Origin: Alphaproteobacteria bacterium | GTDB lineage: Bacteria; Pseudomonadota; Alphaproteobacteria; UBA7887 | Assembly (NCBI GenBank): GCA_965216755.1 | Contig: CBDCGL010000011.1 | Span: forward strand, 1,792,001 to 1,856,000 | Reading direction: 5' to 3' | DNA length: 64,000 bases | Shown: positions 28,957-39,477 of the stretch, piece after piece | Layout of the letters: each line of letters opens with the position of its first letter | Numbering within the stretch: position 1 is the stretch's first letter | The notes under the pieces: model-generated | What the model saw: only the letters and a program-made list of their open reading frames with translations | Told to the model about the DNA's origin: nothing | Database searches by the model: none | Made by a program: the position numbers and the translations under genes

Positions 28957-28982
28957 TGGCCGGATCAAAGCCCGGCCTTAAC
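28957..28982. repeat. Degenerate REP-like palindrome (right)
   Basis: TGGCCGGATCAAAGCCCGGCCTTAAC; first 12 nt are the exact reverse complement of 25524-25535. Confidence 0.5.
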
Positions 28983-29014
28983 CAAACGTTTACGGCATGT
29001 GGTAACGGCCGCGC

Positions 29015-29317
29015 TTACAGCGGCGCGTCGACTCCTTCGACGATGAGTAGGGTTTTCGGCGTGGTCGCCGCCTCGCGGATTGCCTTCAGCGGCTGGTAGT
29101 CCGGGTCGTTCAGGAAATCGTCGATTGCCTGGCGGTTTGGCCAGCGGAATATCAACAGCCGTGAGGGCTTCCAATCACCACGCAACACGTCAACGTCACC
29201 GCCGCGCACGAGATACTCGCCACCGTGTTTCTTCACGAAAGCCGGAGCGCCTTCCAGATAGGTCTTGAACGCCTCCGGATCATGTACCTCGCTGTCCGCG
29301 ATCAAGTAAACAGCCAT
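29015..29317 (-). CDS. DUF1330 domain protein
   Basis: HGGEYLVRGG, GDWKP, DPDYQPLKAIR, IVEG; GGAGGGAG RBS. Confidence 0.92.
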   Translation of the reverse strand: MAVYLIADSEVHDPEAFKTYLEGAPAFVKKHGGEYLVRGGDVDVLRGDWKPSRLLIFRWPNRQAIDDFLNDPDYQPLKAIREAATTPKTLLIVEGVDAPL

Positions 29318-29439
29318 GCCACTCCCTCCAAATCATCGTGCCGCGTGCCATACACGGCACGCCCTGTGTAAACAAAAGCCATGGAAGACCCGTACGTCAA
29401 CTTCGATCGGTGCTTCCCAGGTACCCGGTCGCCAACAGG

Positions 29440-29470
29440 AAAACGCCGCCTCCGGAAACCGGCGGCGGCG
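29440..29470 (-). terminator. Probable intrinsic terminator after the rcdA-like gene
   Basis: CGCCGCC-x-CCGG/CCGG-x-GGCGGCG stem followed by TTTT on the minus strand. Confidence 0.6.
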
Positions 29471-29500
29471 TGGTCCACTCTCACGTATGTTCGGAAGTGA

Positions 29501-29989
29501 TTACAAATCGGATGCGCTCTTGCGCACGGGGGTTACGGCTGCGGCCGGTTCGTCGACATAGCCGCGCAGGTCATTGTCGAGACGCACGACGCGCTGATAC
29601 AAGCGCTGGCTGCCTTCGACGAGTTCATCAAATCGGGGGAAAAACGGCGCCGCGTCTTGCGCACCATTGGCGCCCAGCGTGCGGTCCAAGGTCCAGTTCT
29701 TAGCACGCGTGTCCGGATTGCTGCGCGCTTCGATTGCCGATTGCTGCGCCAGCGCCCAGCCCATCACCTGCATCAAGCGGGCGGTGACCAAGAGCATCTC
29801 GCGGCGATAGGCCAGTTTCTCGCGCGCACTCAATGCCGCCGGCTCGCCATCGTCACTCATCTCGCACAACAGCCGCGCTTCGCCACACAGCACCGCCGCA
29901 TCATCGCGAAGGCATTGCAGCGTACGCCAATAGAATTGGCTGTCGATCTGTTCCGAATGGCCTATCTCGGTGATCATGTGTGTCTCCAC
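29501..29989 (-). CDS. DUF1465 / RcdA-like ClpXP adaptor protein
   Basis: LAYRREMLLVTARLMQVMGWALAQ and ELVEGSQRLYQRVVRLD match RcdA helices; divergent. Confidence 0.75.
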   Translation of the reverse strand: METHMITEIGHSEQIDSQFYWRTLQCLRDDAAVLCGEARLLCEMSDDGEPAALSAREKLAYRREMLLVTARLMQVMGWALAQQSAIEARSNPDTRAKNWTLDRTLGANGAQDAAPFFPRFDELVEGSQRLYQRVVRLDNDLRGYVDEPAAAVTPVRKSASDL

Positions 29990-30214
29990 GCGTTATGGCC
30001 TACCGGCCTCTTGTCCCTGAATTCACGACAGGTTGGTTCGGTCACCTGTCTGAATGCGTGGAAAATTTTACGGGATTTTGCGCCCACGTCATGGTTCGAA
30101 CGAACCAATAGTGTAAATTTGCGTTCCGGCATCTTGCCGGTCCGGATTCGTTTAGTGTTATCAATGATTTAGTGTCTGCACGCGCGCCTGCGCGTCAGAC
30201 TTGTGGTGGCGGAC

Positions 30215-32020
30215 CTAGGACCAGGACGTGGTATAACCCTTTCGCCGCGCAACCGAGGCCGCGACCGCTGCACTGGGTTTCGCGGCGTCTTCTGTGACGG
30301 CCGTCACAGGCTCCGCGGTCAGGGCAGATGTCTGCGCCGATGGCTGCAGATTGGCCTCTGCCACCTGCAATACCATTTGGGCCAGACCAGCCGTGGGTTT
30401 GCCAAACAAGAAGCCTTGCGCGAACGAAACGCCACTATCGCGGAGGAAACGCGCGGTCGTTTCATCTTCGACCCGTTCCGCCACGGTGGCGATGCCCAAG
30501 TCATGGCACAGGCCGATGATGGCCTTCAGAAACGCGCGGGTTTCGGCGCTCGCCAGGGCATCGACGATGTAGTCGCCGTCGATTTTGACGATATCCACCG
30601 ACAGCTCGCGCAAATAGTGAAACGCGGCCGCCCCGGACCCGAAATCATCGAGGCTAACATGATGGCCGCGTTTCCGGAGTTTTTGAACCACCGTGTCTGC
30701 AGCAGGAAGATCACTGATCTCGCTGGTTTCGGTGACTTCAAATGAGAGATGCTGACGCAGCTGATCGCGACCATCGAGCACCACATCCAGTGCATCCAGA
30801 AAGAAGCGGCTGGTGAGCGATCGCCCCGAAATGTTCACCGCTACGTTGACCTTTAAGCCCGCGTCCAGGACGGTTTCGATATCACTCAGCACGCGCCGTG
30901 TCATGGCGACATCAAACTCGCCGATAACGCCAACCTCCTCGGCAAATGTGATCATTTCGAACGGCGACTTGGTACTACCCTCACCGTCAAAGCGCGCCAA
31001 CGCCTCGAAATGATGAATGGTTCCGTCGGCCAAATTGACGATTGGCTGATAGGCGACTCCGAATGATTCGCGTTCCATGATCGTCCGAAATTCAGATATC
31101 CGGTTGACCACATCATTGAGCATCAGCTGATAGCCATCATCCAGGTTCGCGATGCTGAGTCGGCTGAGTGGTTCGCGGGTAAAACGCTCCACAGTATGAA
31201 TCAGGGCACGAATCGCGTCGTCGGGATCCAACGCCCCGGCGCCGATGTCGATCGTCGCGCTGCTGAACTCAATTGGCTCGCCAGCGGGGGCTAAACTCGA
31301 CAATCCCGATTGCAGCTGTGCCAGCGCCCGATCGGTGTCGAATTGGCCGTCGTGAACAACACCATACTTGTTGTCCGCGAGCCGGCCCGCCGTCATGCCA
31401 TCAATCGACATAGCTCGCAACTGATCGCCAATATGGCCCGCGACATCCCGCAGAACATGGGCTTCAAGCTGATTCTGTAGGTCGCCGAAGTGATCGACTT
31501 CAACCAAGGTCAGGTGGCTGGACCGATGGGCATCATTGCGGGCATTCAGGCACTCCGCAGCCAATGTCGTGAAGTCTTCCGCGCCGGCCAATCCAGATTC
31601 AGCATCGCGCCGATCCGCGGACAGCATGCGAAAAACGCTGTTATTGCGTACAGAGCTCAAGGATACGAAGTAACGATCGCCAAGCTCTGAAAGGCGATGC
31701 CCCGAAATCGCCGCCGGCACAACGCTGCCATCAGGCATGGCTAGTCCGACGATTTTTGCGGCGATCCGTTCACCACCGTCCGCCTGGCGAAGCAATCGCA
31801 CACAATAAGATCGGTCGCGGGGATCGATGAGCTCTTCGATGGGCTGGCCGACCAATTGCTCGGGCCGCGAGGTCCCAAGCAGCGACATCGCGCCTGCCGC
31901 AAACACGATGCGCAAATCGGCGTCAAGCTCGATGAGGACGTCGGCAGCGGAAAATGCCAACGCAACGAATCGGTCGCGTTCTGCGCGCAACTGGCTTTCT
32001 GTCATCGACAGGTCAGACAC
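30215..32020 (-). CDS. PAS + degenerate GGDEF + EAL c-di-GMP phosphodiesterase
   Basis: YQPIV, FEALAR, VNISG, EVTET, LDDFGSG, VKIDG, AERVE, QGFLFGKP; the GGDEF position reads ADNKY. Confidence 0.9.
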   Translation of the reverse strand: MSDLSMTESQLRAERDRFVALAFSAADVLIELDADLRIVFAAGAMSLLGTSRPEQLVGQPIEELIDPRDRSYCVRLLRQADGGERIAAKIVGLAMPDGSVVPAAISGHRLSELGDRYFVSLSSVRNNSVFRMLSADRRDAESGLAGAEDFTTLAAECLNARNDAHRSSHLTLVEVDHFGDLQNQLEAHVLRDVAGHIGDQLRAMSIDGMTAGRLADNKYGVVHDGQFDTDRALAQLQSGLSSLAPAGEPIEFSSATIDIGAGALDPDDAIRALIHTVERFTREPLSRLSIANLDDGYQLMLNDVVNRISEFRTIMERESFGVAYQPIVNLADGTIHHFEALARFDGEGSTKSPFEMITFAEEVGVIGEFDVAMTRRVLSDIETVLDAGLKVNVAVNISGRSLTSRFFLDALDVVLDGRDQLRQHLSFEVTETSEISDLPAADTVVQKLRKRGHHVSLDDFGSGAAAFHYLRELSVDIVKIDGDYIVDALASAETRAFLKAIIGLCHDLGIATVAERVEDETTARFLRDSGVSFAQGFLFGKPTAGLAQMVLQVAEANLQPSAQTSALTAEPVTAVTEDAAKPSAAVAASVARRKGYTTSWS

Positions 32021-32097
32021 ATCGGCCCCCTACGCGCGGCGCGGTTGTGCGTCGCGACGGGCAATGGCCCGCAATCAACTGGGTTCGACGCCGACCC

Positions 32098-33243
32098 TTA
32101 GTCATCCTGTGGCGTCGGAGAGCAAGCACCGCTCGCCTTTTGTTCGGCGATCGCTTGCAGCGCTGTGAGATATTCAGGATTGCGACGCCAACTGCGCAAT
32201 TGTTTCGTTGCTTCATTTGCATTCAAACGCGCGTAGCATTGCAGCACACGCGCGCTTTCGCCGCTGGTGATTTTCCGTGCCTTACCACGTTCATGTCGGG
32301 TAAGACGATATAAGGCGAGAAACTCAACATCGGTCATCCCAAGAGCACAGCACGAAACGGCCAGCGACCGGCCGGTCGGATCGCTGACCAACTGATTGAC
32401 CATGCTCACGCGCAGACCAGTCATCTGTGCAAAGCCTTCCAAAAACAGGTCCGATTCGCCCTTCGATAGCGCATCAGTCAAAAAAGCGATGGTTAAACTC
32501 CCTTGCTCTTGAAGCTCATCAACCACTTTTTGTGTCCGTGTTGGCGCTGTGCGGCGCTGAGCCAGGTCGCGCAAATGATCGTCAACGATGAGGTCAAGCT
32601 CGCTATCAATTATTTCCGCTTCGATGCCATAGCGGTTGCAAATGTGTTGGCGGAGCGGCGCGGCGACCCACCAATAGACCCGCTTAGCGATGTCGAGCGG
32701 CAGATCCTGGCGGGTCAACAGGGGCTTCTGATAAAGGGTTTGCCATTGGGATTCCTCGGCCAGGAAAGCCAACATTTCGTCCGTAAGTGTCGCACCGCTG
32801 TTGCCTAGCAGTTCGACAATGACAAGTGGGTCGTCGCTATCGATCAGGGCTTGCGAAACAGTCGAACTAAGTGCGTCCCGGCGTGCCACGGCCAGTTGAT
32901 GGCCTTGTGCCCGCGTGCGCACAATGCGCACCAGATCGGCATCCGATAACAGCGGGCTGGATTTCAATACAGGATAGGCGACCTCTGATTGATCGGACGC
33001 GAGTTCGACGATCAGATCGGCTGGGACATCCGAATGATGGGCGATTTTGGTTGCCAACTCCCAGCGGAGCTTGGCTTCTACCTCGCCCATCAGATGGCGC
33101 AAGATCTCGGCCGCCAGCGCGCGCTCCGTCTCGCCGTATTCAGCCCCCCCGTCAGCGATCAAGTTGCCGACCGTGCTGAATACGCCCGCACGAGATTCCT
33201 TCGATCTCGAAGATGCCAGGGCTATGAGCTCGTTCTGATTCAA
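32098..33243 (-). CDS. DUF2336 domain protein
   Basis: LASDQSEVAYPVLKSSPLLSDADLV, HQLAVARR, LLGNSGA, YWWVAAPLR. Confidence 0.88.
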   Translation of the reverse strand: MNQNELIALASSRSKESRAGVFSTVGNLIADGGAEYGETERALAAEILRHLMGEVEAKLRWELATKIAHHSDVPADLIVELASDQSEVAYPVLKSSPLLSDADLVRIVRTRAQGHQLAVARRDALSSTVSQALIDSDDPLVIVELLGNSGATLTDEMLAFLAEESQWQTLYQKPLLTRQDLPLDIAKRVYWWVAAPLRQHICNRYGIEAEIIDSELDLIVDDHLRDLAQRRTAPTRTQKVVDELQEQGSLTIAFLTDALSKGESDLFLEGFAQMTGLRVSMVNQLVSDPTGRSLAVSCCALGMTDVEFLALYRLTRHERGKARKITSGESARVLQCYARLNANEATKQLRSWRRNPEYLTALQAIAEQKASGACSPTPQDD

Positions 33244-33630
33244 CTAGGGCCTGAATGGGCGCCGACAGGCGCGAAACGGTTACGCGGTAATTGAAGCCTC
33301 AGCTTCTGATGGGTCGAACGGGATGAAAAGCCGCCATTGAAAAGAAATTGCTCTTGATGGGACGGTTTCAACTACAAGTTCGTGCGGCAATATGGCCCAG
33401 GTACCAATAAAATTTGGTTACGTTCCACATTAACGTCCAGATTGAGAAACAAGCCATTGAAATAAAACAAAAATATCACCCATCGGCGGCGCCGACGGGA
33501 TACGGTCGGTCCTGTGAAAACGCGCGCTTACGCCCCCGAACTCACCGATTTTCCACGGCCCGACGAAATTTGAGAAATCAACCGATGGTAGGCGACGCCA
33601 CCAAATTCAGATCACAAGATCACCACGGTC

Positions 33631-33660
33631 CCGCGCGGCGAAACATGAGTCGCCGCGCGG
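33631..33660. terminator. GC-rich hairpin downstream of the OmpA-family gene
   Basis: 11-bp perfect stem CCGCGCGGCGA/TCGCCGCGCGG; no U tract. Confidence 0.4.
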
Positions 33661-33707
33661 CTATCCCTCCGTGTTATGCGCACACCTTCCCGGCTATGCG
33701 CTCGGCA

Positions 33708-34586
33708 CTATCTAATTGTGATATTCACGCGCCGGTTGCGCCGTTCTTTAATTCCGTCGCCGGTTGGCACTGCCAATTCGTTCTCGCCCAAACCGGTAGA
33801 GGTCATCACCTCACCGGATACGCCCATTGACGTCATGGCACCCTCGACCGCTGCCGCACGCGCCAGCGACAAACGATCGTTGTAATCGCCGGACCCGACC
33901 GTGTCCGTATGACCGACAATTACCACATTCAGTGTCGCCCGCGAGTTTGCATCTCCGACCGCGCGCTCGATTTCGGCCATGGCCACATCGTCGACGGTCG
34001 CGCTATCGAAATCGAAGAACACTGTATATTGACGCACCGGGGCTGGCGCTGGCGCCTGCTCAACCGCGACAACTTCCTCGCGTGGTGCCGGAGCCGGGGC
34101 TGGCGGCGCCATGGCGACTTCGATCGCACTCATCGCCTGTTCAAATCCCGCGCGGCACCGCGCTATGTCTTCCGGCTGAAAGTTCTCCTCTTTCTCCTGC
34201 ATCCAGCACTCGAACATCACCTGCGCGTTCGAAGCCTGGTCGGGCACTTTCGACCGCGCGCTGGCATCAAGCGCACTGACCAGCTTTTGGCGTGCCGCAG
34301 ATAGCGGTCCTACGCCATCTTCCGGCAAGGCCCGTGCCGATATCTCTTCCGGCTGCGACCAGTCTCCCGACGAAGCCGCTAAAGCCCGTCGAGCAAATAC
34401 GTCGGAGTCCTGATAATCCGCTTCCCCGTATTCAGACTCCGCCAAGTCCACGTAACCTGTGTAAAGGCCGTTCGCGAACGCATCCTGCGGCGGCGTCGCG
34501 TCTCGCGCAGACTGTAGCTTCAGCCCGCACCCGCCGAGCATGGCAACAACGCCCACAGCCACCAATATCTTTCGGATTTCGACCAT
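33708..34586 (-). CDS. OmpA-family lipoprotein
   Basis: Lipobox LGG-C; N-terminal domain with FECWMQE..CR; C-terminal VFFDFDS, GHTD, LSLARA, RNRRV. Confidence 0.92.
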   Translation of the reverse strand: MVEIRKILVAVGVVAMLGGCGLKLQSARDATPPQDAFANGLYTGYVDLAESEYGEADYQDSDVFARRALAASSGDWSQPEEISARALPEDGVGPLSAARQKLVSALDASARSKVPDQASNAQVMFECWMQEKEENFQPEDIARCRAGFEQAMSAIEVAMAPPAPAPAPREEVVAVEQAPAPAPVRQYTVFFDFDSATVDDVAMAEIERAVGDANSRATLNVVIVGHTDTVGSGDYNDRLSLARAAAVEGAMTSMGVSGEVMTSTGLGENELAVPTGDGIKERRNRRVNITIR

Positions 34587-34799
34587 GTAATCCCACCAAT
34601 TCTGACCTTGCGAATGTCTAAAAACCGCATACAACCACGAGCGGACGCACCGATCGCTTGCACGCTAAGTACAGATTTGTGTAAACACCCGCTCCCCGTG
34701 TGTAGCGGGCGATTTAAGCAGAATCGAGTTATTTTACAAGTTCGATTTGCGATCGTCGACAAAGGTTTGTTACGCGATGCGAATAGGTCACATCCACAC

Positions 34800-36575
34800 T
34801 CAGCGGGGCGATTGGACGGTTCGAGACCGGGCCAATGGTTCGGTCGCCACATGATCACGGTAAGCACCCGTCGCCCGGTCGTCGACGACACTAACCCCTT
34901 CCGATAAAACGACTCCATACAAGCGCTTGGCATCCTCGGCGTTGTAGTATCCGCGCGCGACGTCCCGCGCCACCGCGTCCGGATCGCGGGTCATTGGATC
35001 GCCAAAACCACCGCCCCCAGGGGTTTCCACGGTGACCCAGTCGCCCTTATTTAGTACAAGATCTTGATCCTTAGAATAGTGCGGCGGGCGGTACCGTGCA
35101 CCATTTTGGCACACTGTCACCACATTGCGACCTCCCATATCGCCGCCGGCGGCGCCGTTTGGACCGAATCGACCGTGATCCATCACCATTGAAGCGCGTG
35201 CCGTACCACGCAATAAGCGCACGGTATAGCGAACACCAAAACCGCCCCGTTGCCGGCCGGCGCCCCCCGACCCCTCATGCAATGCATATTCGTCGAACAC
35301 AACGGGATAGCGTTGCTCCATCACTTCTATCGGCGTTGTCTTTGAGATACCAATGGTTGAGCAGCCATTGCTCAAGCCATCGCTCTGACACGTACCGCCA
35401 TAGCCGCCGCCGGAAATGACATACATGACATACGCGCGTTCGCGCGTTGGATCCACGCCACCCAGGGCAAAATTGCCCGACGTTCCGGCTGGCGCGGCGA
35501 ACAGCCGATCGGGTATGGCCTTTGCCATGGCATCGAACACGGCTTCTGCGATCCGCTGGCTGACCTCGGCCGCGCATCCCGAGACCGGGCGCGGGTAACG
35601 CGCGTAAAGGAACGTGTCATCCGGATCGATGATCCGCAACGGTTCAAATGTCCCGGCGTTGATCGGCACGTCCGGAAAAATGTGCTTGATCGCCAGATAA
35701 ATCGACGACCGCGTCGTGGCGATGACGCTGTTCATGGGACCCAAGCAGGGTGGACTTGACCCCGACATGTCGAATTCCAGTTGGCGGTCACGCTTGGTGA
35801 TAGCCATGGCGATTCTCAGCGGCTCGTTGACGACACCGTCGGAATCGACAAACGCCTGGCCGTGATAGACGCCGTCTGGAATGGTCTCGATTTCGGCTTC
35901 CATTTGCCGGCGCGCGCGGCGACGCAATTCGGCGATGCATTCCTCGACCAGGTCAACGCCATAGCGATCGAGCAACGCGGTCAAACGGCGTTCGCCCACC
36001 GACAACGCGGCCGCTTGCGCCTTGATATCTCCAATTCGTTGGTCCGCAATGCGGATATTCGACAAAATAATCGAAAGGATCTCTTGGTCAATTTCGCCGG
36101 CCTTATACAATTTGACCGGTGGCAACCGCAGCCCCTCCTGTTCAACTTCGGTGGCATTCGCCGAAAACCCGCCCGGTACCGCGCCGCCCGTATCCGGCCA
36201 ATGGCCAGTATTTGATAGCCAGGCAAATAATTTGCCTTGATAGAAATACGGCCGGGTGAATTTTACGTCCATCAGATGCGTGCCGCCCAAATAAGGATCG
36301 TTCAAAACGAACACATCCCCGGGTTGCACGTCGTCGGCGCGTTCGATCACAGCCCGCGTCGAATATTGCATGGTGCCGACGAATACCGGTAAGCCCAGGT
36401 CGCCTTGAGCAATCAAAGCGCCGTCATCGCGATGATAGATGCCGTCGGATCGGTCGAGCGCCTCCGAAATCACCGGACTAAAGGCCGCGCGCACGAACGC
36501 CAGATCCATCTCATTGCACACCTGTTGCAGGCCATTTTGGATTACGGCCAAGGTCACTTGATCGATTGCCGTCAC
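34800..36575 (-). CDS. Hydantoinase B / oxoprolinase family subunit
   Basis: AFSPVI, NDPYLGGTHLMD, GHWPDTGG, QEGLRLPP, SGGAGRQRGG, TPGGGGFGDP. Confidence 0.93.
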   Translation of the reverse strand: MTAIDQVTLAVIQNGLQQVCNEMDLAFVRAAFSPVISEALDRSDGIYHRDDGALIAQGDLGLPVFVGTMQYSTRAVIERADDVQPGDVFVLNDPYLGGTHLMDVKFTRPYFYQGKLFAWLSNTGHWPDTGGAVPGGFSANATEVEQEGLRLPPVKLYKAGEIDQEILSIILSNIRIADQRIGDIKAQAAALSVGERRLTALLDRYGVDLVEECIAELRRRARRQMEAEIETIPDGVYHGQAFVDSDGVVNEPLRIAMAITKRDRQLEFDMSGSSPPCLGPMNSVIATTRSSIYLAIKHIFPDVPINAGTFEPLRIIDPDDTFLYARYPRPVSGCAAEVSQRIAEAVFDAMAKAIPDRLFAAPAGTSGNFALGGVDPTRERAYVMYVISGGGYGGTCQSDGLSNGCSTIGISKTTPIEVMEQRYPVVFDEYALHEGSGGAGRQRGGFGVRYTVRLLRGTARASMVMDHGRFGPNGAAGGDMGGRNVVTVCQNGARYRPPHYSKDQDLVLNKGDWVTVETPGGGGFGDPMTRDPDAVARDVARGYYNAEDAKRLYGVVLSEGVSVVDDRATGAYRDHVATEPLARSRTVQSPR

Positions 36576-38611
36576 CGCGCCACCTCAATCACCAGATTTC
36601 CCAGTCCATCGACGTGAGCGCGGTCGCCCGGTTCGATGACCGTCGTCCCATCTAACTGCTCGACAATGGCCGGCCCATCAAACGGTTCGTCCCGTGACAA
36701 TTGGTCACGCTGGTAGACCGGGGTCTCGCGCCAACCATTTGTGAACCACACGGGCCGTGTTGTCGGTCCGTCGCACGTGCGCGATCTATCAACGTGCGCT
36801 GGTGCCAACGCCTGCAGCGACACAACCGGGCGGCGGCCAATCACGACGCTATGTAAATTCACCAATACGGCGCGGATTTCCGCCAGTTCAACCGCAAAAC
36901 GATCCCAATAGGCGGCCGCGAATGCGCGTTGTAGCGCCGCGACGTCACCGCAATCTTCGGGCATGGGCACGGTCAACATGTGCGTTTGCCCTTCAAACTG
37001 CATGTCAGCGAAATGCTTAACAACGATTTCCCGTACCGCAACACCTTCACGCGCGATCACGTCGCGGCCTTCGGCTTCTTGTCTGGCCAAGATGTCGGTC
37101 ACCACTTCACCATCGAGGTCCGCCAAAAGTGTGTTGAGCGTGGTGACGTAGTCGTGACGCAAATCTGCGGTGATGCAGCCTATGGCGTTGGTGACACCCG
37201 GCCGAGCCGGAATCATGACCCGCGGGATGCCAAGTTCCCGCGCCAACGCGCTGGCATGCATCGGCCCGGCGCCGCCGAAAGCGAACATGGTGAAATCTCT
37301 TGGATCGTGACCACGTGCCAGTGACACAAGACGCACCGCCCCTGCCATGCGATCATTAGCAATCGAAAGAATTGCGGCCGCGGCATCCGGCGCGGTTAGC
37401 CCCAGCGACGCGCCAATATATGCCACCAGCGCGTCTTCGACCGCTGCCCGCGAGACGGGCGCATCGACCCCCAACAAGCCGTCCGGGCGCAGGCGGCCGA
37501 GCACAAGATTGGCGTCGGTCAAAGTCGGCCGTGTGCCGCCGCGGCCGTAGCAAATGGGCCCCGGATCGGCGCCGGCACTTTCCGGACCGACCTGAACCAT
37601 GCCGGCTTTGTTGATCGCGGCGATGGAGCCACCGCCGGCACCAATCGTGTGTACGTCAACCATGGGGACATGGATCGGCATGCCATAGGTCAACTCGGTT
37701 TCCGACGTCACTGCGGGGACGCCGTCTAACACCAAACCGACGTCCGAACTGGTGCCCCCCATGTCATAGGTGATCACGCGATCCAGCGCGCAGGCCCGCG
37801 CCACCGCCGCTGCCGCCATCACACCGGATGCGGGCCCGGACATGACTGTGTTGACGGCGCGCTCGGCCACGATCTTGGCGGCGACGCTGCCGCCGTTTCC
37901 CTGCATGACGATCAGGTCACGTTCAAACCCGCCGCGTTTGAGTTCGTCGCTCAATCGGACAATGTAGTGATGCAAGACCGGCTGTACGGCTGCGTTCACG
38001 GCCGCGGTCGTGCCCCGCTCATACTCGCGGAACTCTGACAGAATACGGTGTCCCGCCGTGATGTAATCATTTGGCCAGACATCACGTGCGATCGCGAGTG
38101 CTCGGTTTTCGTGGACTGGGTTTCGATAGCTGTGCAAAAAGTGAATAACCAACGATTCGCAACCAATATCTATGAGCTGCGCGAGCATTTGACGCAGTTC
38201 GCTTTCATCAAGGGGAACCATCACGGTACCGTCGGCGGCCATGCGCTCGGTCACTTCCAAGCGGCGCTCGCGTGGGACCAAGGGCTCAAAGCTACCGGTC
38301 ATGCCATAGGGCCTGGGGCGCGTGCGACGGCCCAATTCCAACACATCACGGAAGCCCTTGGTTGTGATCAGCCCGCAGGCACTGATCTTGCCTTCCAGAA
38401 GGGCGTTGGTGGTTGTTGTCGTGCCATGACTAATGGCCGAGATCTGACCCAGCGATATATCGCTGTCGGCCAGGGCAGCCATGACCCCGATGGCTTGGTT
38501 GCCAACGGTCGTCGGTACTTTGGCAATGCGCACTTGGCCGGTTTCCGGATCAAGCACCATGAGGTCGGTAAACGTGCCACCGACATCAACGCCGATTACG
38601 GCCCCGGTCAC
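36572..38611 (-). CDS. Hydantoinase A / oxoprolinase family ATP-binding subunit
   Basis: GVDVGGTFTD, HGTTTTTNA, SGPASG, DMGGTS, GAGGGS, FGGAG. Confidence 0.93.
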   Translation of the reverse strand: MTGAVIGVDVGGTFTDLMVLDPETGQVRIAKVPTTVGNQAIGVMAALADSDISLGQISAISHGTTTTTNALLEGKISACGLITTKGFRDVLELGRRTRPRPYGMTGSFEPLVPRERRLEVTERMAADGTVMVPLDESELRQMLAQLIDIGCESLVIHFLHSYRNPVHENRALAIARDVWPNDYITAGHRILSEFREYERGTTAAVNAAVQPVLHHYIVRLSDELKRGGFERDLIVMQGNGGSVAAKIVAERAVNTVMSGPASGVMAAAAVARACALDRVITYDMGGTSSDVGLVLDGVPAVTSETELTYGMPIHVPMVDVHTIGAGGGSIAAINKAGMVQVGPESAGADPGPICYGRGGTRPTLTDANLVLGRLRPDGLLGVDAPVSRAAVEDALVAYIGASLGLTAPDAAAAILSIANDRMAGAVRLVSLARGHDPRDFTMFAFGGAGPMHASALARELGIPRVMIPARPGVTNAIGCITADLRHDYVTTLNTLLADLDGEVVTDILARQEAEGRDVIAREGVAVREIVVKHFADMQFEGQTHMLTVPMPEDCGDVAALQRAFAAAYWDRFAVELAEIRAVLVNLHSVVIGRRPVVSLQALAPAHVDRSRTCDGPTTRPVWFTNGWRETPVYQRDQLSRDEPFDGPAIVEQLDGTTVIEPGDRAHVDGLGNLVIEVAR

Positions 38612-39477
38612 GATACTGCCACGATTTGACGCCTGTACCCGGCGATGGCCGCGCTCGCAACGCGTCGCTGACCCTGCAACGCCATATATGCGCCGACGAT
38701 CAGGCCACCTGCGATCATGCGCTGCGCGACCTGTTGACCGGCGCGGAGTGCCTTGCTGACAAAGTCACGCGGCAGGGGCCCCACCACCCTGGTCACCAAC
38801 CGCGCACCCAGGTCGCTGTCGGCATCGATCGAATTTGCGGGGGCACGCTGGATCGATGGATGGACGCCATCGATGGCGTTCGCGATCAAGGTCGCGGCGA
38901 CATCAGCCGCCGCGGCGCTATCCGCCAGCGCGGTGACCGCGTCGGCGATACCCATCGATAGCGATCGGCCGCGCCAGCCGGACGTGGCGAGCCCCCTCAC
39001 CGACATTGTGCTGTCTAGGAAGACCCGAGCGTCCAGCGCCGGCGCGCCGATATCGTCCATAACACCGGCCGTCAAACTTTCGCCTGCTGCAAGATAAAAT
39101 GCGATGTCACCGCCATTGTTGACGTAAGCGCGTACCAATCCGCCCTCAGCCCGCAAATGCGCCAGAATATCATCGGCGACAGCACCCGCCACCGCCGCCA
39201 TGGGTGTGACGAATTGACGCCGATGCGGCCATGTCGCCGCCACCATCCGTCCCGCGATGGACCCGCGCATCTTTGGTCGAGATGGGGGAATCGGTTGCCG
39301 CAGCACCGGCAAGTCGCCGACCAATTCGTCAAGAACGTACTCAAATCGCGCAACGGCACGGCGATAAGCGTGTCGCACGGCCTGCGGATTGCCCCACGCA
39401 CCGGCCACCAGGTCAATCGGGCCGTGCTGCAAACGCAGCCGCCCGGTTTCGGCCATCAGCCAAGATCGGGCGGACAT
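38608..39477 (-). CDS. UPF0280 (ApbE-like) protein
   Basis: LQHGPIDL, TPMAAVAGAVAD, VNNGGDI, ATSGWRGRSLSMGIAD; ATG overlaps the upstream TGA. Confidence 0.9.
   Translation of the reverse strand: MSARSWLMAETGRLRLQHGPIDLVAGAWGNPQAVRHAYRRAVARFEYVLDELVGDLPVLRQPIPPSRPKMRGSIAGRMVAATWPHRRQFVTPMAAVAGAVADDILAHLRAEGGLVRAYVNNGGDIAFYLAAGESLTAGVMDDIGAPALDARVFLDSTMSVRGLATSGWRGRSLSMGIADAVTALADSAAAADVAATLIANAIDGVHPSIQRAPANSIDADSDLGARLVTRVVGPLPRDFVSKALRAGQQVAQRMIAGGLIVGAYMALQGQRRVASAAIAGYRRQIVAVS

Noticed and set aside
33415-33435. CtrA box upstream of DUF2336
   Set aside because: Reads TTAC-N8-TTAAC: wrong spacing and a mismatch, at best a half-site
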